The notes beneath the pieces were generated by a model. The model worked only from the letters and a program-made list of their open reading frames with translations. It made no database searches and had not been told where the DNA came from. A stretch of DNA of 63,987 nt, counting the filler, from Rhabdomonas costata (Eukaryota), in the NCBI GenBank assembly GCA_019059605.1. It is 56 parts of 56 records of this genome, joined end to end, with 100 filler letters (N's around TTAATTAATTAA, not from the genome) between each part and the next. Parts side by side here need not be neighbours in the genome. Positions count along the whole stretch, not along the records: positions 36,625 to 37,669 come from JAHMHO010031657.1; positions 37,770 to 38,814 come from JAHMHO010031658.1; positions 38,915 to 39,959 come from JAHMHO010031659.1; positions 40,060 to 41,104 come from JAHMHO010031660.1; positions 41,205 to 42,249 come from JAHMHO010031661.1; positions 42,350 to 43,394 come from JAHMHO010031662.1; positions 43,495 to 44,539 come from JAHMHO010031663.1; positions 44,640 to 45,684 come from JAHMHO010031664.1; 48 more parts are not named here. One strand, given 5' to 3'. Both the position numbers and the translations under genes were made by a program. Below, one piece after another: positions 37,130-48,911 of the stretch. Position 1 is the stretch's first letter. Each line of letters begins with the position of its first letter.

Positions 37130-37669
37130 TAGCACACCCCAAGCGTCTCACAAAAAAGCTCGAGGATTGGGCGGATGCGGTATACGCAGCTTGCAAGAAG
37201 AACTGGGCCAGAAAGGCGCAAGATGGCACTCACCGCACTGAGCCGCAATGTTTCCCTGGATTAGGGGCTGCAATTCGTGAAGCGCATGAGAATCTGGTTT
37301 TCCTGATGGATGACAGGGCTCCACATGGCATGGTGGTCGTCTGCAAGCGCTCGTATCAACAAGAAATGACCAGGTACATCTCGGACAACAATGTCTTCGA
37401 GCCATGCGACACCATGACCTGGAAGGACGTGGAGTGCAAGGCAATCGACTTCAACTCGAACTGGGGCTTCCGCACTGGGATGGCGTGGTGTACAACTACG
37501 GCATTTGGAAGCCGACAAAGAAGAAGTTTCGATTTATTGCGGGAACCAGATCCAAACCCGCCCAGCCCGGCAAAGAGCGCAACCCTGGTACACCTCGGCA
37601 ACCGCTATTCGAAGCCCACAAGACCCTCGTTCGCCTGCTGCAGGCAGTGGAGAAAACCCTCAAGGAGAA
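37130..37669 (+). mobile_element. Penelope-like element RT N-terminal fragment, subfamily A
   Basis: KLEDWADAVYAACKKNW...MDDRAPHGMVVVCKRSYQQEM...NNVFE...GVVYNYGIWKPTKKKFRFIAGT, with frameshifts. Confidence 0.8.
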
Positions 37670-39357
37670 NNNNNNNNNNNNNNNNNNNNNNNNNNNNNNN
37701 NNNNNNNNNNNNNTTAATTAATTAANNNNNNNNNNNNNNNNNNNNNNNNNNNNNNNNNNNNNNNNNNNNTGTGGGTGTTGAGCTCGTAAGTGAGACCTCC
37801 TTAAAGCCTTAAAGCTCGAAAGATCTGTCCTCAGAAGGCCTTCTGGCTTTGGAGAAAAATGAACCTTTGGCTTCCGAATGAATATCGACGTGTAGTTTAC
37901 TTCAGAACAGGGGAACACTTTCGACGGCAATGGTTGCGCAATAAGGCGAACGTTCAAAGTTTTGAATCAACACAAAAGGGACCGGAGGGCTGCGGATGTG
38001 TCGACACTAAAACCAGCTGCGAGAAAACAACAGTTTGAACGTCTTCCCCCGCCTGCTCGCTGCAGCTGCCGCTGCGAGTTTGTTTTCAGGGATGCCTTCA
38101 ATCCTGGTGTTTCTTTAGAAAAGGATGGGGGGGAACCGCGTACTATGCTCAGAGAGACGCAGAGTCTGGTGACCCCGCCGAGACCTTCCTTGCACTGGAG
38201 TTCCACGGCGACCCCTCCTCTGGCTGTCCTTTTCGTATGCCTCTACTCGTCCCCTGCTCCCCTGCTTCTCCTGGTTTAATGGATGTACCCGTCAAGCACA
38301 TCAGTTTGTGAAGCGTCTGGAATGCAGCGCCAAACAGAACACAATTTACAAGAAAACACGAGCGAAATCAGAGGAGGAGCAGAAAGAAGTAGAATGGGAC
38401 GAATCTTGGGCAGGGCTATGCCGAAGGAAGCCTCCCGAAACGCTGCGAGGCCGGTCCTTGGGGTGAGAGTTAGAAAAAAGAAAAAGAACGGCAGACCAGT
38501 GCATACGATGAAACAAAGCGATCGGGACTATTTACAATTCTAGATTGAAAACTGTAATCCCAGGAAAAACCCGACCGACAATGACTTACAGGGAGGAAGG
38601 CAGGAATTGATGACGGGGTTAAAATCAGGGGGAAACCAGGGATAGCTTGGACAAGAAGTTGCACAGGGCGACACTGTGTTTGACGTAACCGTAGAGCTCA
38701 AAACAATTCAGGACAAACGCACTCGTGCCCTGGTCGTTGCCCCTACGGACCATACCATATGAGAGGGGCAAGGATGATATTCAGCTCTCTGCTGACAGAC
38801 GTGCACACCAACACNNNNNNNNNNNNNNNNNNNNNNNNNNNNNNNNNNNNNNNNNNNNTTAATTAATTAANNNNNNNNNNNNNNNNNNNNNNNNNNNNNN
38901 NNNNNNNNNNNNNNGTTTGTGGCAATTCCATACACTGAGAAATCAAGCCCGAATTTTCGGTATACCTGCACATAGCACCGATGTGATGGGGCAATAACTC
39001 ACTATTCTGGTGGTCTGGTGGTTCCCGAAGGCCCCTGACTGACAGAGAGGAATACCCCCTCCCCTGGAAATTGAATTCAGTAGACCAGACAAAAACACAA
39101 AGCACCCCCCCAAACAATCATGGTGAATTGTGGCCAAAATCGGACTCACACTGGCCCAAATTCCGTAAAAGTTTCGTCTAGGGGTATGCTAAGTAGTTTG
39201 CTTCATGCGATGTCAAAACCTTTACACAACTTTCCACAAACTTATATCAATTTTTGATTGTCACTGTGCCTGTGTTTCATTGGACCTTTCCTCCCCTTTT
39301 CCGAATTGCTTATGCCTCACGTTACTTCTGCATGCAGTTCTAATCAATGGATCCATA

Positions 39358-39959
39358 CAGTTCCGCAGCACGTGCCACGTCGTTGGTAACCCCTTCGCCA
39401 TTATCGAAGCACCAACATAGGTGCGCCTGTCCATCCGCGTGGCCCTGCTCCGCAGCCTTTCCGAAAAGCTCAGCTGCTTTGGCCAGATCCTTGGCCACAC
39501 CCTTGCCATCCTGGTAGCACAAACCCAGGTGGAACTGCCCGTCCGAGTGGCCCTGCTGCGCAGCCTTTCCGAAAAGCTCCGTTGCGCGACTCGCATCCTT
39601 GACTGCCCCTATACCCTCGCGGTAGCACACTCCTAGGCAGAACTGCCCGCTGGCCTGGACGGCAGCTTTCTCATAAAGCTCTGCCGCACGGGCTGGGTCC
39701 TTCGCAACACCATCCCCCCTTTCATAGCACACCCCCAGGTTGACCTGCCCGCCCATGTGGCCCTGCTCGGCGGCCTTGCGGTAAAGCTCGGCTGCACGTC
39801 GCACATCCTTGGTCAACCCATCACCGGTGTAGCAGAACTTACCCAGACTGTACAAGCCTCCAGCATGGCCCTGCTCAGCTGCTCTCTGGTACCATAGAGC
39901 TTCTGCTTTGTCCCTGGAAGCAAACGCTGGCCCACGGTTCAAGCAGTGCCCCACCAACA
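39358..39959 (-). CDS. Sel1-like repeat protein exon
   Basis: About five tandem repeats of the type A(A)ELYxKAAEQGH..GQ..LGxCY..G.GV.KD. Probable GTATGG donor near 39357. Confidence 0.95.
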
Positions 39960-41204
39960 NNNNNNNNNNNNNNNNNNNNNNNNNNNNNNNNNNNNNNNNN
40001 NNNTTAATTAATTAANNNNNNNNNNNNNNNNNNNNNNNNNNNNNNNNNNNNNNNNNNNNGTTGTGTTGGTTGTGTTGAGTGCGTGGAACTGGATTTAATA
40101 TTGAGGACTTCATCTGGTTGTAAGATTGGCGTGAAATGAGTAACGTTTAGCTATATGCAGTTCTGATGCAGATGGAGATGGCGTTTGCAGTGGGATAGCA
40201 AGATGGACCGATGCTGGCGTTCTCTTTGTACGAGACGAGGCACGATGTGCCAGCAGCAGTGTACTTCAAGAACTGGAATGCAGTGAACTTGTTAGACGGA
40301 CTGGAATTTTATTGCAGATCAAAATTGCTGCACCAATTGTAATACTGCATAGACGTAGCAACAGCGGTAGCGGTTACACTGAAGGCAATTTCCAATGTAG
40401 CAGATGCCATGCGGTCGAGGCATGCCTTGCGGTGGAGGAAATAGTGGTAAAAATCAATGCAGATTAAGAGCGGATGTTGAGTCGGTTGTTTAAGTTGGTT
40501 GTGTGCGACAACCAAATGATCCACCAAAAACCAATAGTGATAGTAGACACGGAAGGATACTTTGCACCAATGTTTGCGTCGAAAGTGCTTTTGACCTACT
40601 TTAGGGACGCAAGCCACATGTGTGGGAACAATGGAGCGCACATGAGAGGAGTATTGTGCAAAACGTTGGACCATAATTTGGATTAATGTATCGCTGTGAA
40701 GGTCATGTACTATGATACCTAAGCAATGGACAATGCAGAGTATGGACGGTTGGTGGAGAGACAGTGCATACTGATAATTATGACGAAGGTGAAGAGGGAA
40801 AAGACTGAATTGAGCATGGTTTGGTGTAAGAACCCCAAAAACATTCCACTTGGGTTACACCGCAGATGAGAGCTGATACCAGGTACGATACTGCAAATTA
40901 CAACAGTGCATCAGAATTGTAGAAAATAAAAGGGGCACAATGGTGAGGAAGCGATGAGGTATTGTTTTTCAGAAACCCTTTGATTCTCTTCCACTATAGC
41001 AGGTGAGTATAAAGCGGCCTGGATCATGTAGGTGTAGAGGCAATAGAGTCAATGCAATGGGAGATTAATGGAAGAGAATCAAAGGGTTTCTGAAAAACAA
41101 CCACNNNNNNNNNNNNNNNNNNNNNNNNNNNNNNNNNNNNNNNNNNNNTTAATTAATTAANNNNNNNNNNNNNNNNNNNNNNNNNNNNNNNNNNNNNNNN
41201 NNNN

Positions 41205-42231
41205 GGGGTTGTTTATCGCGAGATATTCAGCTCGTCCTGGACTTGCGCACGCAAAGGGTACGCCGGGGCCACCGCGATGAGGCTGGGCCTGGAAGACCTC
41301 GAGTACGGGCCGCTCCGGGGCCGAGCCCGGCTGGTCTCCGTGGTGGCCAGCCTGTTTCGCAGCCGTCCCTTGACGCGACTTGTGACGCACAACCCCAAAG
41401 GTTTCAGGGCCTTGTGTTTCGCTTTCCCTACCCTCATCTTTCGTCTCACTCTTTTTATGTGTTAGGTGCTCTTTTGTCTCGCTCTTTTTATGTGTTAGGT
41501 GCTCTTTTGTCTCGCTCTTTTTATGTGTTAGGTGCTCTTTTGTCTCATTCTTTTTATGTGTTAGGTGCTCTTTCTTCTCGCTCTTTTTATGTGTTAGGTG
41601 CTCTTTCGTCTCGCTCTTTTTATGTGTTAGGTGCTCTTTTGTCTCATTCTTTTTATGTGTTAGGTGCTCTTTTGTCTCATTCTTTTTATGTGTTAGGTGC
41701 TCTTTCGTCTCACTCTTTTTATGTGTTAGGTGCTGTTTCGCAGCACACGCGAGGCGATACCAAGAGATACCAGGAGGGGTCTATGTCATTGGAAACAAAA
41801 ACTGTGTAGCAAAACAGTGTAGCTAAGTGTCATGTGTGGCCGGTGTCTTTCCCCTGTAAACGCAAGACACAGATGCCAGAAAGTCCTACCACTACTCACG
41901 ATCACCAGCCTCAGGGCTGGGATCCTGTTGGCGATTGCCAATGATGTTTTTGACACCTCTGCTTTTCTTTCCGCAAAATTGAGCGGTTCTCTTTACGGCG
42001 AACCTTGGAACCTGATAGCTTACAGTGGTCTTCGTCAGTTTTGTGCGCACCGTTTGACCCCTCGCACGGAGCTGTTGCTTATGCTTTTTGGGGATACTTT
42101 CTTTTCGTCCTTGTGGTCTCTATTTCACTCAAGCGCAAACGCATTTTCTCTTCTCCGCGCAGGGGAGTATGGGCACAGCACCCATGTGCAGGTCTTCCAA
42201 GCGATGGCTCGGGTGGTGCGGGAGGAGAAGG
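41205..42231 (+). CDS. PIG-L/LmbE-family N-deacetylase; exons 41205-41400 and 42163-42231
   Basis: Splicing the phase-1 GT-AG intron 41401-42162 reconstitutes LVTHNPKG|EYGHSTH, the THNxxGEYGHxxH motif. Confidence 0.75.
41448..41735 (+). repeat. 33-bp minisatellite, about 9 copies (CTCTTTTTATGTGTTAGGTGCTCTTTTGTCTCG), intronic
   Basis: The core ATGTGTTAGGTGCT recurs every 33 bp. Confidence 0.97.
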
Positions 42232-42529
42232 GTGCTGTGCCCACACAAANNNNNNNNNNNNNNNNNNNNNNNNNNNNNNNNNNNNNNNNNNNNTTAATTA
42301 ATTAANNNNNNNNNNNNNNNNNNNNNNNNNNNNNNNNNNNNNNNNNNNNGTGGTGTGGGAAAGCCTCAACGGGAGAGTACGTCAACCTAAATGGCACGCA
42401 ATGTATCGGCAGATCGGCCTCGCCCGTTGAGGCTTTCCCGCGACCTCTGATCAAAGACCACATTAAACGTGGCAATAGCTGTTCAGGTGGACTAGCGCTG
42501 TTTTTAATTGAATGGCGCATCGCTCACAG

Positions 42530-42763
42530 GCAGTGATCAACGCCGCTCTGTCCTCCTCGGGCTCCGGGCTAACTTCGGTGGTCTTCTCGGGGCTTTTTGA
42601 CCGCAAGCCTCAAGCGACCCTGGTGCCCGAGTTCCTGAACAGCAGCCTGGGCGGGCTGGTGGCGATCTGCGCGGGGTGCTGCCTGGTGGAAAACTACGGC
42701 GCGCTGTGCATTGGGGTGGTGGCCGCGCTGATCTACTACCTCGCCCATGCCCTGACCGTGCGG
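42530..42763 (+). CDS. amt: Ammonium transporter (Amt/Rh family) exon
   Basis: AVINAALSSSGSG...FLNSSLGGLVAICAGCCLVENYGALCIGVVA matches the Amt motif 'NGxLAGLVAITAGC'. AG/GT borders. Confidence 0.92.
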
Positions 42764-43635
42764 GTATGGTTGTGCGCTGGAGCGAGCTGCTTTCTGATTT
42801 TGCCCGCATTTTGGCGAAAAGTTGGGCGAGGCTCTGATCTGCAGATCTTCCATGGTTCGATGGTTCCGATGGAGGTTGAAATCTCGATGTTTGGATCACT
42901 GAGTTCAGATCAGGTGGTTTTCAGTTCAGTGTCCCCAAATTCACTGCGCTCGACGCACACAAAACTGAAAGGCACATTGGCACACCCTACATATGATCCT
43001 TTTGGAGGAGGAGGAGGAGGAGGGGTCCGTAGCGTTGTGGTGGATGTTGAATTTTGCGTTATGTTTGTAAAGAGGAAGTACCAGTACCAACATCACATTC
43101 TGCAATGTCAAAAAATGCAAATATTAATAATTTTTTGTCGAAAACCTCATCAAGTGGCAAGGCGTTCATCACTCAGCGGTTAGACCTCCGTGCAAATCGT
43201 ATGTTCTTCAAAACGCCACGCGCATTTCATACCGTGAACCATGAACTCGTCAAGTGAGCTGCACCTGCCTTCGTCGCGCACAATCAATCATCCTTCTGGT
43301 TCCGCTGCCACCCTCGCATTACCCAGGCTTCCCGCTCAACTCGGCTCGAGAGTAAACCACATCCACACTGTCGATGAACTCCTTAACCTCAACCNNNNNN
43401 NNNNNNNNNNNNNNNNNNNNNNNNNNNNNNNNNNNNNNTTAATTAATTAANNNNNNNNNNNNNNNNNNNNNNNNNNNNNNNNNNNNNNNNNNNNGTTTTG
43501 GTGTTGCTTCGCTAATCTGTGCTGCTGCTGTGGAGGACATTACAGTGTACCTTAAGCGTATATCCCTTACTTGTGGTGTCAATAAAACGTTATATCCCGC
43601 GGCTTTCTAGCATTTGGCTGCTCCCGCTTGTGCAG

Positions 43636-44196
43636 GTGAATTGTGCGGCGCGCATCGAAGCCCTCGGTTCAGGTGGGCAGGTGCTGGTCTCTGTCGAAAC
43701 CCAGGCCCGGCTCAGTCCCATGGAGGACCTTACAGTGCTGTTTCTGGGGCGGTTCCCCTTGAAAGGGATGGTCAACGAGCAGGATGTCTTGCAAATCAGC
43801 TCGCTCCGGCTGGCAGAGCGGGAGTTCCCCGAGATTGACGTGGCCAGGGTGCGCGCCCAACACCGCCCCCACAACACCAATGGGGAGGACGCCCCACAGC
43901 TCTGTGACGTGTGCCAGCGACCAGTGCACTGCGAGCACTGCCGAAGGTCGCACCGCACCGCGCCAGGATTGCTGTCCGCCAGGGAGAGCACGGCCTCCCA
44001 TGGGATGCTCAGTGCCATCGCTAGCACCTTCCGTGGTGCCTCGCCCCTTTCCCCGCCCCTGACGGCGAGGAGAGGCCGCGTGCGAGCGGGCTCGGGATGC
44101 CCCTCAGGGCGTGCACGAAGCGACCATATGGAGAATACAGGTAGCTCCATTACTATCTCGGCCCTCGGAGGTCCGGCACCCACCCGGCATCGGTAG
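43636..44196 (+). CDS. Class III adenylate/guanylate cyclase, terminal exon
   Basis: VNCAARIEALGSGGQVLVS...LGRFPLKG, followed by a CxxC..CxxC stretch and a low-complexity tail. Confidence 0.92.
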   Translation: MNCAARIEALGSGGQVLVSVETQARLSPMEDLTVLFLGRFPLKGMVNEQDVLQISSLRLAEREFPEIDVARVRAQHRPHNTNGEDAPQLCDVCQRPVHCEHCRRSHRTAPGLLSARESTASHGMLSAIASTFRGASPLSPPLTARRGRVRAGSGCPSGRARSDHMENTGSSITISALGGPAPTRHR

Positions 44197-44699
44197 TAGC
44201 GGGGTGGACAGAATCACCGTGTTAGACGGGCCGTCCTTGTTATCCCACTTCGCTGTCCACCACCCCACTTTGGATGCGGTGCTGCCTGTTTCTTTGTGGT
44301 GCATGAAAAGAATCAACGGATGTTGTTTTGTAACTTTGTGGCTCTCATTTGGGAGCAATTCTGGTCCCAAAGGGGATAGTGCTGGTTCTCTTGGCTGGGA
44401 TCTATTTCTTTGAATTTGATCTAATTAAGTGCCCGAGATTCACGTGCATCTTTGCCTTTTACCGAATACACTTGGGTGGAAAGCCACCGTGTGGTGGCCA
44501 CGTTCGGTCGAATTTTCCCAACCCTTTAACCGCTGAAGANNNNNNNNNNNNNNNNNNNNNNNNNNNNNNNNNNNNNNNNNNNNTTAATTAATTAANNNNN
44601 NNNNNNNNNNNNNNNNNNNNNNNNNNNNNNNNNNNNNNNGGTTTGGGGGGAGGGTGAAAAGGAAGGTTTTCTTTGCCTCTCAGCTATTTGGAGGATGTT

Positions 44700-45330
44700 C
44701 GCGCGCACAAGGGCATGTACACCACGTCTCCCGTGAGCGATCGCCAGAGCCCGGAAGACCGGTATGATGCGGCATTTTTGGCCAGAGAGCGAAAAACCTC
44801 AAACCAGATGGAGAGAGAGAGGCCCTCTCCTGGAGCCATGCCGCCGAGTGACAGCGGAAGACCCCGTGGGGAGTCGCCGTGGAGCTGAGACCCCGGCTGC
44901 AGGATGATGTGAATGCTGGTCCGGGACGTCAACAATGAGGAGGTGGGGCAACGGTGTTCTCTCTCCCCAACATACAGGCTGGAATCGGCCCGAGCTGGCC
45001 AGTGCCCATTGGATCCCAATAAATTGGATCCCAATTGGATCCCAATAAATACCTCCGACAGCGCGCGCGTCCTTCTGGTGCCCTTGCTTTGAGATGGTGG
45101 CGGAGTTGGATGCAAACCATGGAGCTCTCGGTGATGGAGCAACGAGTGGGCCGTGCAGCAGCGCGCTTCCCCCAGCTCCCCAGGGGGACTACCAGAGGCT
45201 GCAGCCCGTGCCGCCCACCGCACGCCCTCTGCGAACCGAAGAGGGGATCCTCTCTCCCCCCTATTTGAGAGAGTGCCGTCAAGGATCCGGCTCTAGCGGG
45301 ACCCGAGCTCCTGCGCCAACACCAAATAGA
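44700..45330 (+). mobile_element. Decayed C-terminal (restriction-like endonuclease) region of a CRE-like non-LTR element
   Basis: In-order degenerate remnants: KGMYT, DVLVRDV, KY, PxxFE, and LFERV...ELLR (cf. LFQRLSVALQR..ARML). Many frameshifts. Confidence 0.35.
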
Positions 45331-48300
45331 GATAGAGTGAGAGACGAGATGGACTATTTGCTTGTCACCTTGCCTGTTTTGCCGAAGGGGATTACCCTTC
45401 TTTATGGATGGTTCTACTGTGAGTTTGCGGTGCAGTCGGTTTCCTGGGCTTTGTAAGCTTGTTTTGTGTGCAAATAATGCACCGGTTTTCTTCAGGTGGA
45501 AGTGGAACCTTCAGCGGTCCCACGTTATGCAGTACCCTGACAGAGACATGCTGCGCGAGGTTGGGCACGCGCACACAACCGCGCACGCATCACATCCTCA
45601 TGACCAAACGCGTGCGGCTATGCCACTACTGTCCCACTCGCTACTTCCGTGCTCCACAACGTTGGTGCGACCACGGTGATGAAGNNNNNNNNNNNNNNNN
45701 NNNNNNNNNNNNNNNNNNNNNNNNNNNNTTAATTAATTAANNNNNNNNNNNNNNNNNNNNNNNNNNNNNNNNNNNNNNNNNNNNTGTCATTACAGAGGAC
45801 CAAGTGAACACCATCAAGGAGGTGTAGAAACAGCATTGAGGGTTTATACCACGTTTTTGCACACGACCACGCACCTATTGCATTCTTACTACATATTGAC
45901 GAAAATCAAACCGAGAATCCCGAGCGCAGACTACTATGCCTGTTATGGCGGATTTCGGCATCGAGAATTTCAGAAATTATTGAAAAGTAAAAGAAATTAC
46001 CGTGCATTTGAAAAACCGCATACATTCACTTTCGCATATTAAGAAACGCTTCCGCGGGTTCCTCAAAACTTGCGCATGTCCGTATAAAATCAGCAAAAGA
46101 AATTACCATCTACCGCGTGGCAAACTAGAATCCATAAGTATCACAAAACGTATTTGTAAGTTTGTTCCCATGGACGGGGCAAACGTGGATTAGTTCCATT
46201 ATCCTTTGTTAACCATGTCTTGAACCGTATCAAAATGGTCAATCTGATTCAAGAACAGAACTTCCACAACGCCAAAATTAGGTAAGTACAGTTTTGGGTT
46301 TTACAACGGGCGGCAACGTAGGGATTAACTTTTTGTGCGCGTCTTGTGACAAAAGTATAGTTGGCGGCAGCGCGCTACTATTTACATGTTTGTTGGAACT
46401 TTGTGAAAACCGGTGTATCGCATAGGGCAATTCCAAGCACTTAGTATTACAACAATGCCTTTGGCACTTCAGACATGACTTGCGGATTCCTCCCTGGTGA
46501 CATGCGGGGCATAGCACTCAGGACAAGCACGGAGTTTTGCAAAAGTTTGAAAAAAGGCTGGTAAACAATAAGCCCGCCTTTCTGCGGAACCAAAAAAACC
46601 TTGTACTAACAACCACAGCGCCTTGGGAACAAAGAACGCGCCAAACTGGAAGGGCTTTGCGGCAACAGTTACCGGGACGACACATCCCAACTGGTGTCCG
46701 AAATAATTTCGTGCGTGGAAGGTGCGGGTTTTTAGGACAACGCCTTAAGGCCCTCAAGCCACAATCGTTTCGCGCGCAAAAGTTCGAAGAAACACTACGC
46801 TTGAACCCAGCGGATGGACCCACACACANNNNNNNNNNNNNNNNNNNNNNNNNNNNNNNNNNNNNNNNNNNNTTAATTAATTAANNNNNNNNNNNNNNNN
46901 NNNNNNNNNNNNNNNNNNNNNNNNNNNNTTTTTTTTGTGTTTGTCTCATCTCTTTCGTCGCTCGTGTTTTTTTTAGCAGTGCTTGCGTGCGTCGACTTCT
47001 GATGGAGAACAGAGGAGTTAGCAGAATTTAGTATGCAAGGTTCGCCTTTTTGTGTTCAGGAAGGTCACCGAAAGATTCCTGTCCATATTAACTGACATTA
47101 ACTGACATATTAACTGACATTTTGCATCAGCTTATGCTGTGTGGAACATCTCCACTTGCCCACAATATTCAGTTACGCCTTGACATGATACGTCCTGATA
47201 CCCGATATACCTTCACTTTTGAGAGGGGTTTTAACTTGCCCGGAGTCGGAAGGGGGGGGGGCAAACTTGGTGCAAAGCGAGTACTCATATGAGTCAAGTT
47301 GACTGGAAGCCTCCGAACCTCTGGGTGCATCAAAAGGGGCGGGCTCAGAAGAGACTAAGACCCTCCAAGAAGTCCTAGCAACAAGTCCAACAAAGGGAGA
47401 GGGGGGTTCACAAGCCCTCTGTTGCACATCCTCCGTCCCTGGACTTGCTTCTTGGGTGCGCTACCTTCCTCATTGATCCATAAGTCATTGCTTTCTTCTC
47501 CATCTTAACAGTGCTTTACTCCGCAATTGAGTGGAAGTTTGATTAAGGTGCATTTTCCGTGGAATACTGAGCCCCACTGTGAATTGTTCTCAGCATATTG
47601 CTAACAGCAACTGCTTACAGACAGGATCGTAGCTTGTGTGGACCTCAACCCGCAGTGGACGAGTATTTAGCAATGCTCTGCCTAAAACTTGCAGTCTTCC
47701 CAGAATGCTAACATCCAACGGGCGCTGTGCCCAGCTTTCCGCACATAGATCTGGAGAAGAACTTCCATTGATTTTGCATTTGACAAGAGACTAAGCACGC
47801 TTTCAAACGCGGTCACCAGCAAAGAATGCCTTGCCCGGCGTGCCTTGCAAGTGTGTTTGCGCCTTTTCAGTGCTGACGAAGCCCCAGAGCTGTCCTTTCG
47901 GCAGCGCTGGGAGAGTCGGCAGAAGCAACGGGAAGTCTCGAAGCCCACCCCCCAACCAAACACACCCACCACNNNNNNNNNNNNNNNNNNNNNNNNNNNN
48001 NNNNNNNNNNNNNNNNTTAATTAATTAANNNNNNNNNNNNNNNNNNNNNNNNNNNNNNNNNNNNNNNNNNNNTTTTGACCCTGCGAAACTAATACCCAAG
48101 TGCTCATTTACTCTCGACTAGAGGCTGTTTCGCTGAGTCTGACCCCAATTTTTTAATCGGCGATTCGCGGGCCAGCGCCGTAAATTGCTCGCAGTGCAAT
48201 TTAAAAGTTAAAAGTAAGTTAAGATAAGTCCAAATTGCGAGTCCTAGGACCCAGTGGGGAATATGTGTTGCGCATTGTTCAAACCAGACGGTTTGCACCG

Positions 48301-48379
48301 TCCCCTGAAAAGCGCGAATGGATGCGTGGAAGTTGCTGAGTTCCTTTACTTATTGAAGGCCTGCCCTTTGCCTACGCAG

Positions 48380-48911
48380 GGAGATTGTGGTGGGGTTGCT
48401 GATCCCCTCCCTTGCTGTCCTGCACGGGAACTCGGGGTTCGTCCGCGACCTCCAAGAGATGCTGTTTTTAGGGAAATGCGTGGGGCCTGCAGAGGAGTGC
48501 ATCAGGCTGCGGGAAGAGCTCTGTGGAATGAAGAGTGAGCTTTCGGAGCTGCGGGAGAAGGCTGGGCATGTGGCCCACCTGGCGCACGAGGTTCGAGCGC
48601 TTTGTTTCTTTTTCTTGCTTTTGAACTCCGCCCTGTCCGCCATTGAGGTATGCCATTTTTATGGTTTTATCTTTCGTTGGGACACACCGGAACCCCACAC
48701 CGCTGCAAAAGAAAGTCCTGCTTACAGCTGTGCATGTTGCGCTTCCTGGGAATGGGAGGTTTTCGATTTGCAGGTCCGGACCCCTTTGAACGCATTGCTG
48801 TCGTGCTGCACGTTGCTTGGGGACACCCCGCTAACCCCCGAGCAAGCGGAGTATGTAGACATGATGCTGGCCTGCGGGTCACAGATCACCAACAACGTGG
48901 ACTTCGTATTG
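48380..48911 (+). CDS. Histidine kinase HisKA domain; exons 48380-48590 and 48774-48911
   Basis: The spliced H-box reads AHLAHE|VRTPLNALL...LLGDTPLTPEQAEYVDMM. GT-AG intron of 183 nt. Confidence 0.92.

Noticed and set aside
39340-39360. Possible euglenid non-conventional intron border at the end of the Sel1 frame
   Set aside because: A canonical GTATGG donor explains the break. No non-GT-AG intron could be demonstrated anywhere in this window without transcripts.
40962-41100. 32-bp inverted repeat
   Set aside because: Terminal fold-back pattern
41243-41809. 188-aa ORF with SFYVLGALLS repeats
   Set aside because: It is the translation of an intronic minisatellite.
47086-47120. Three copies of ATTAACTGAC
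   Set aside because: A short local tandem duplication with no further structure.
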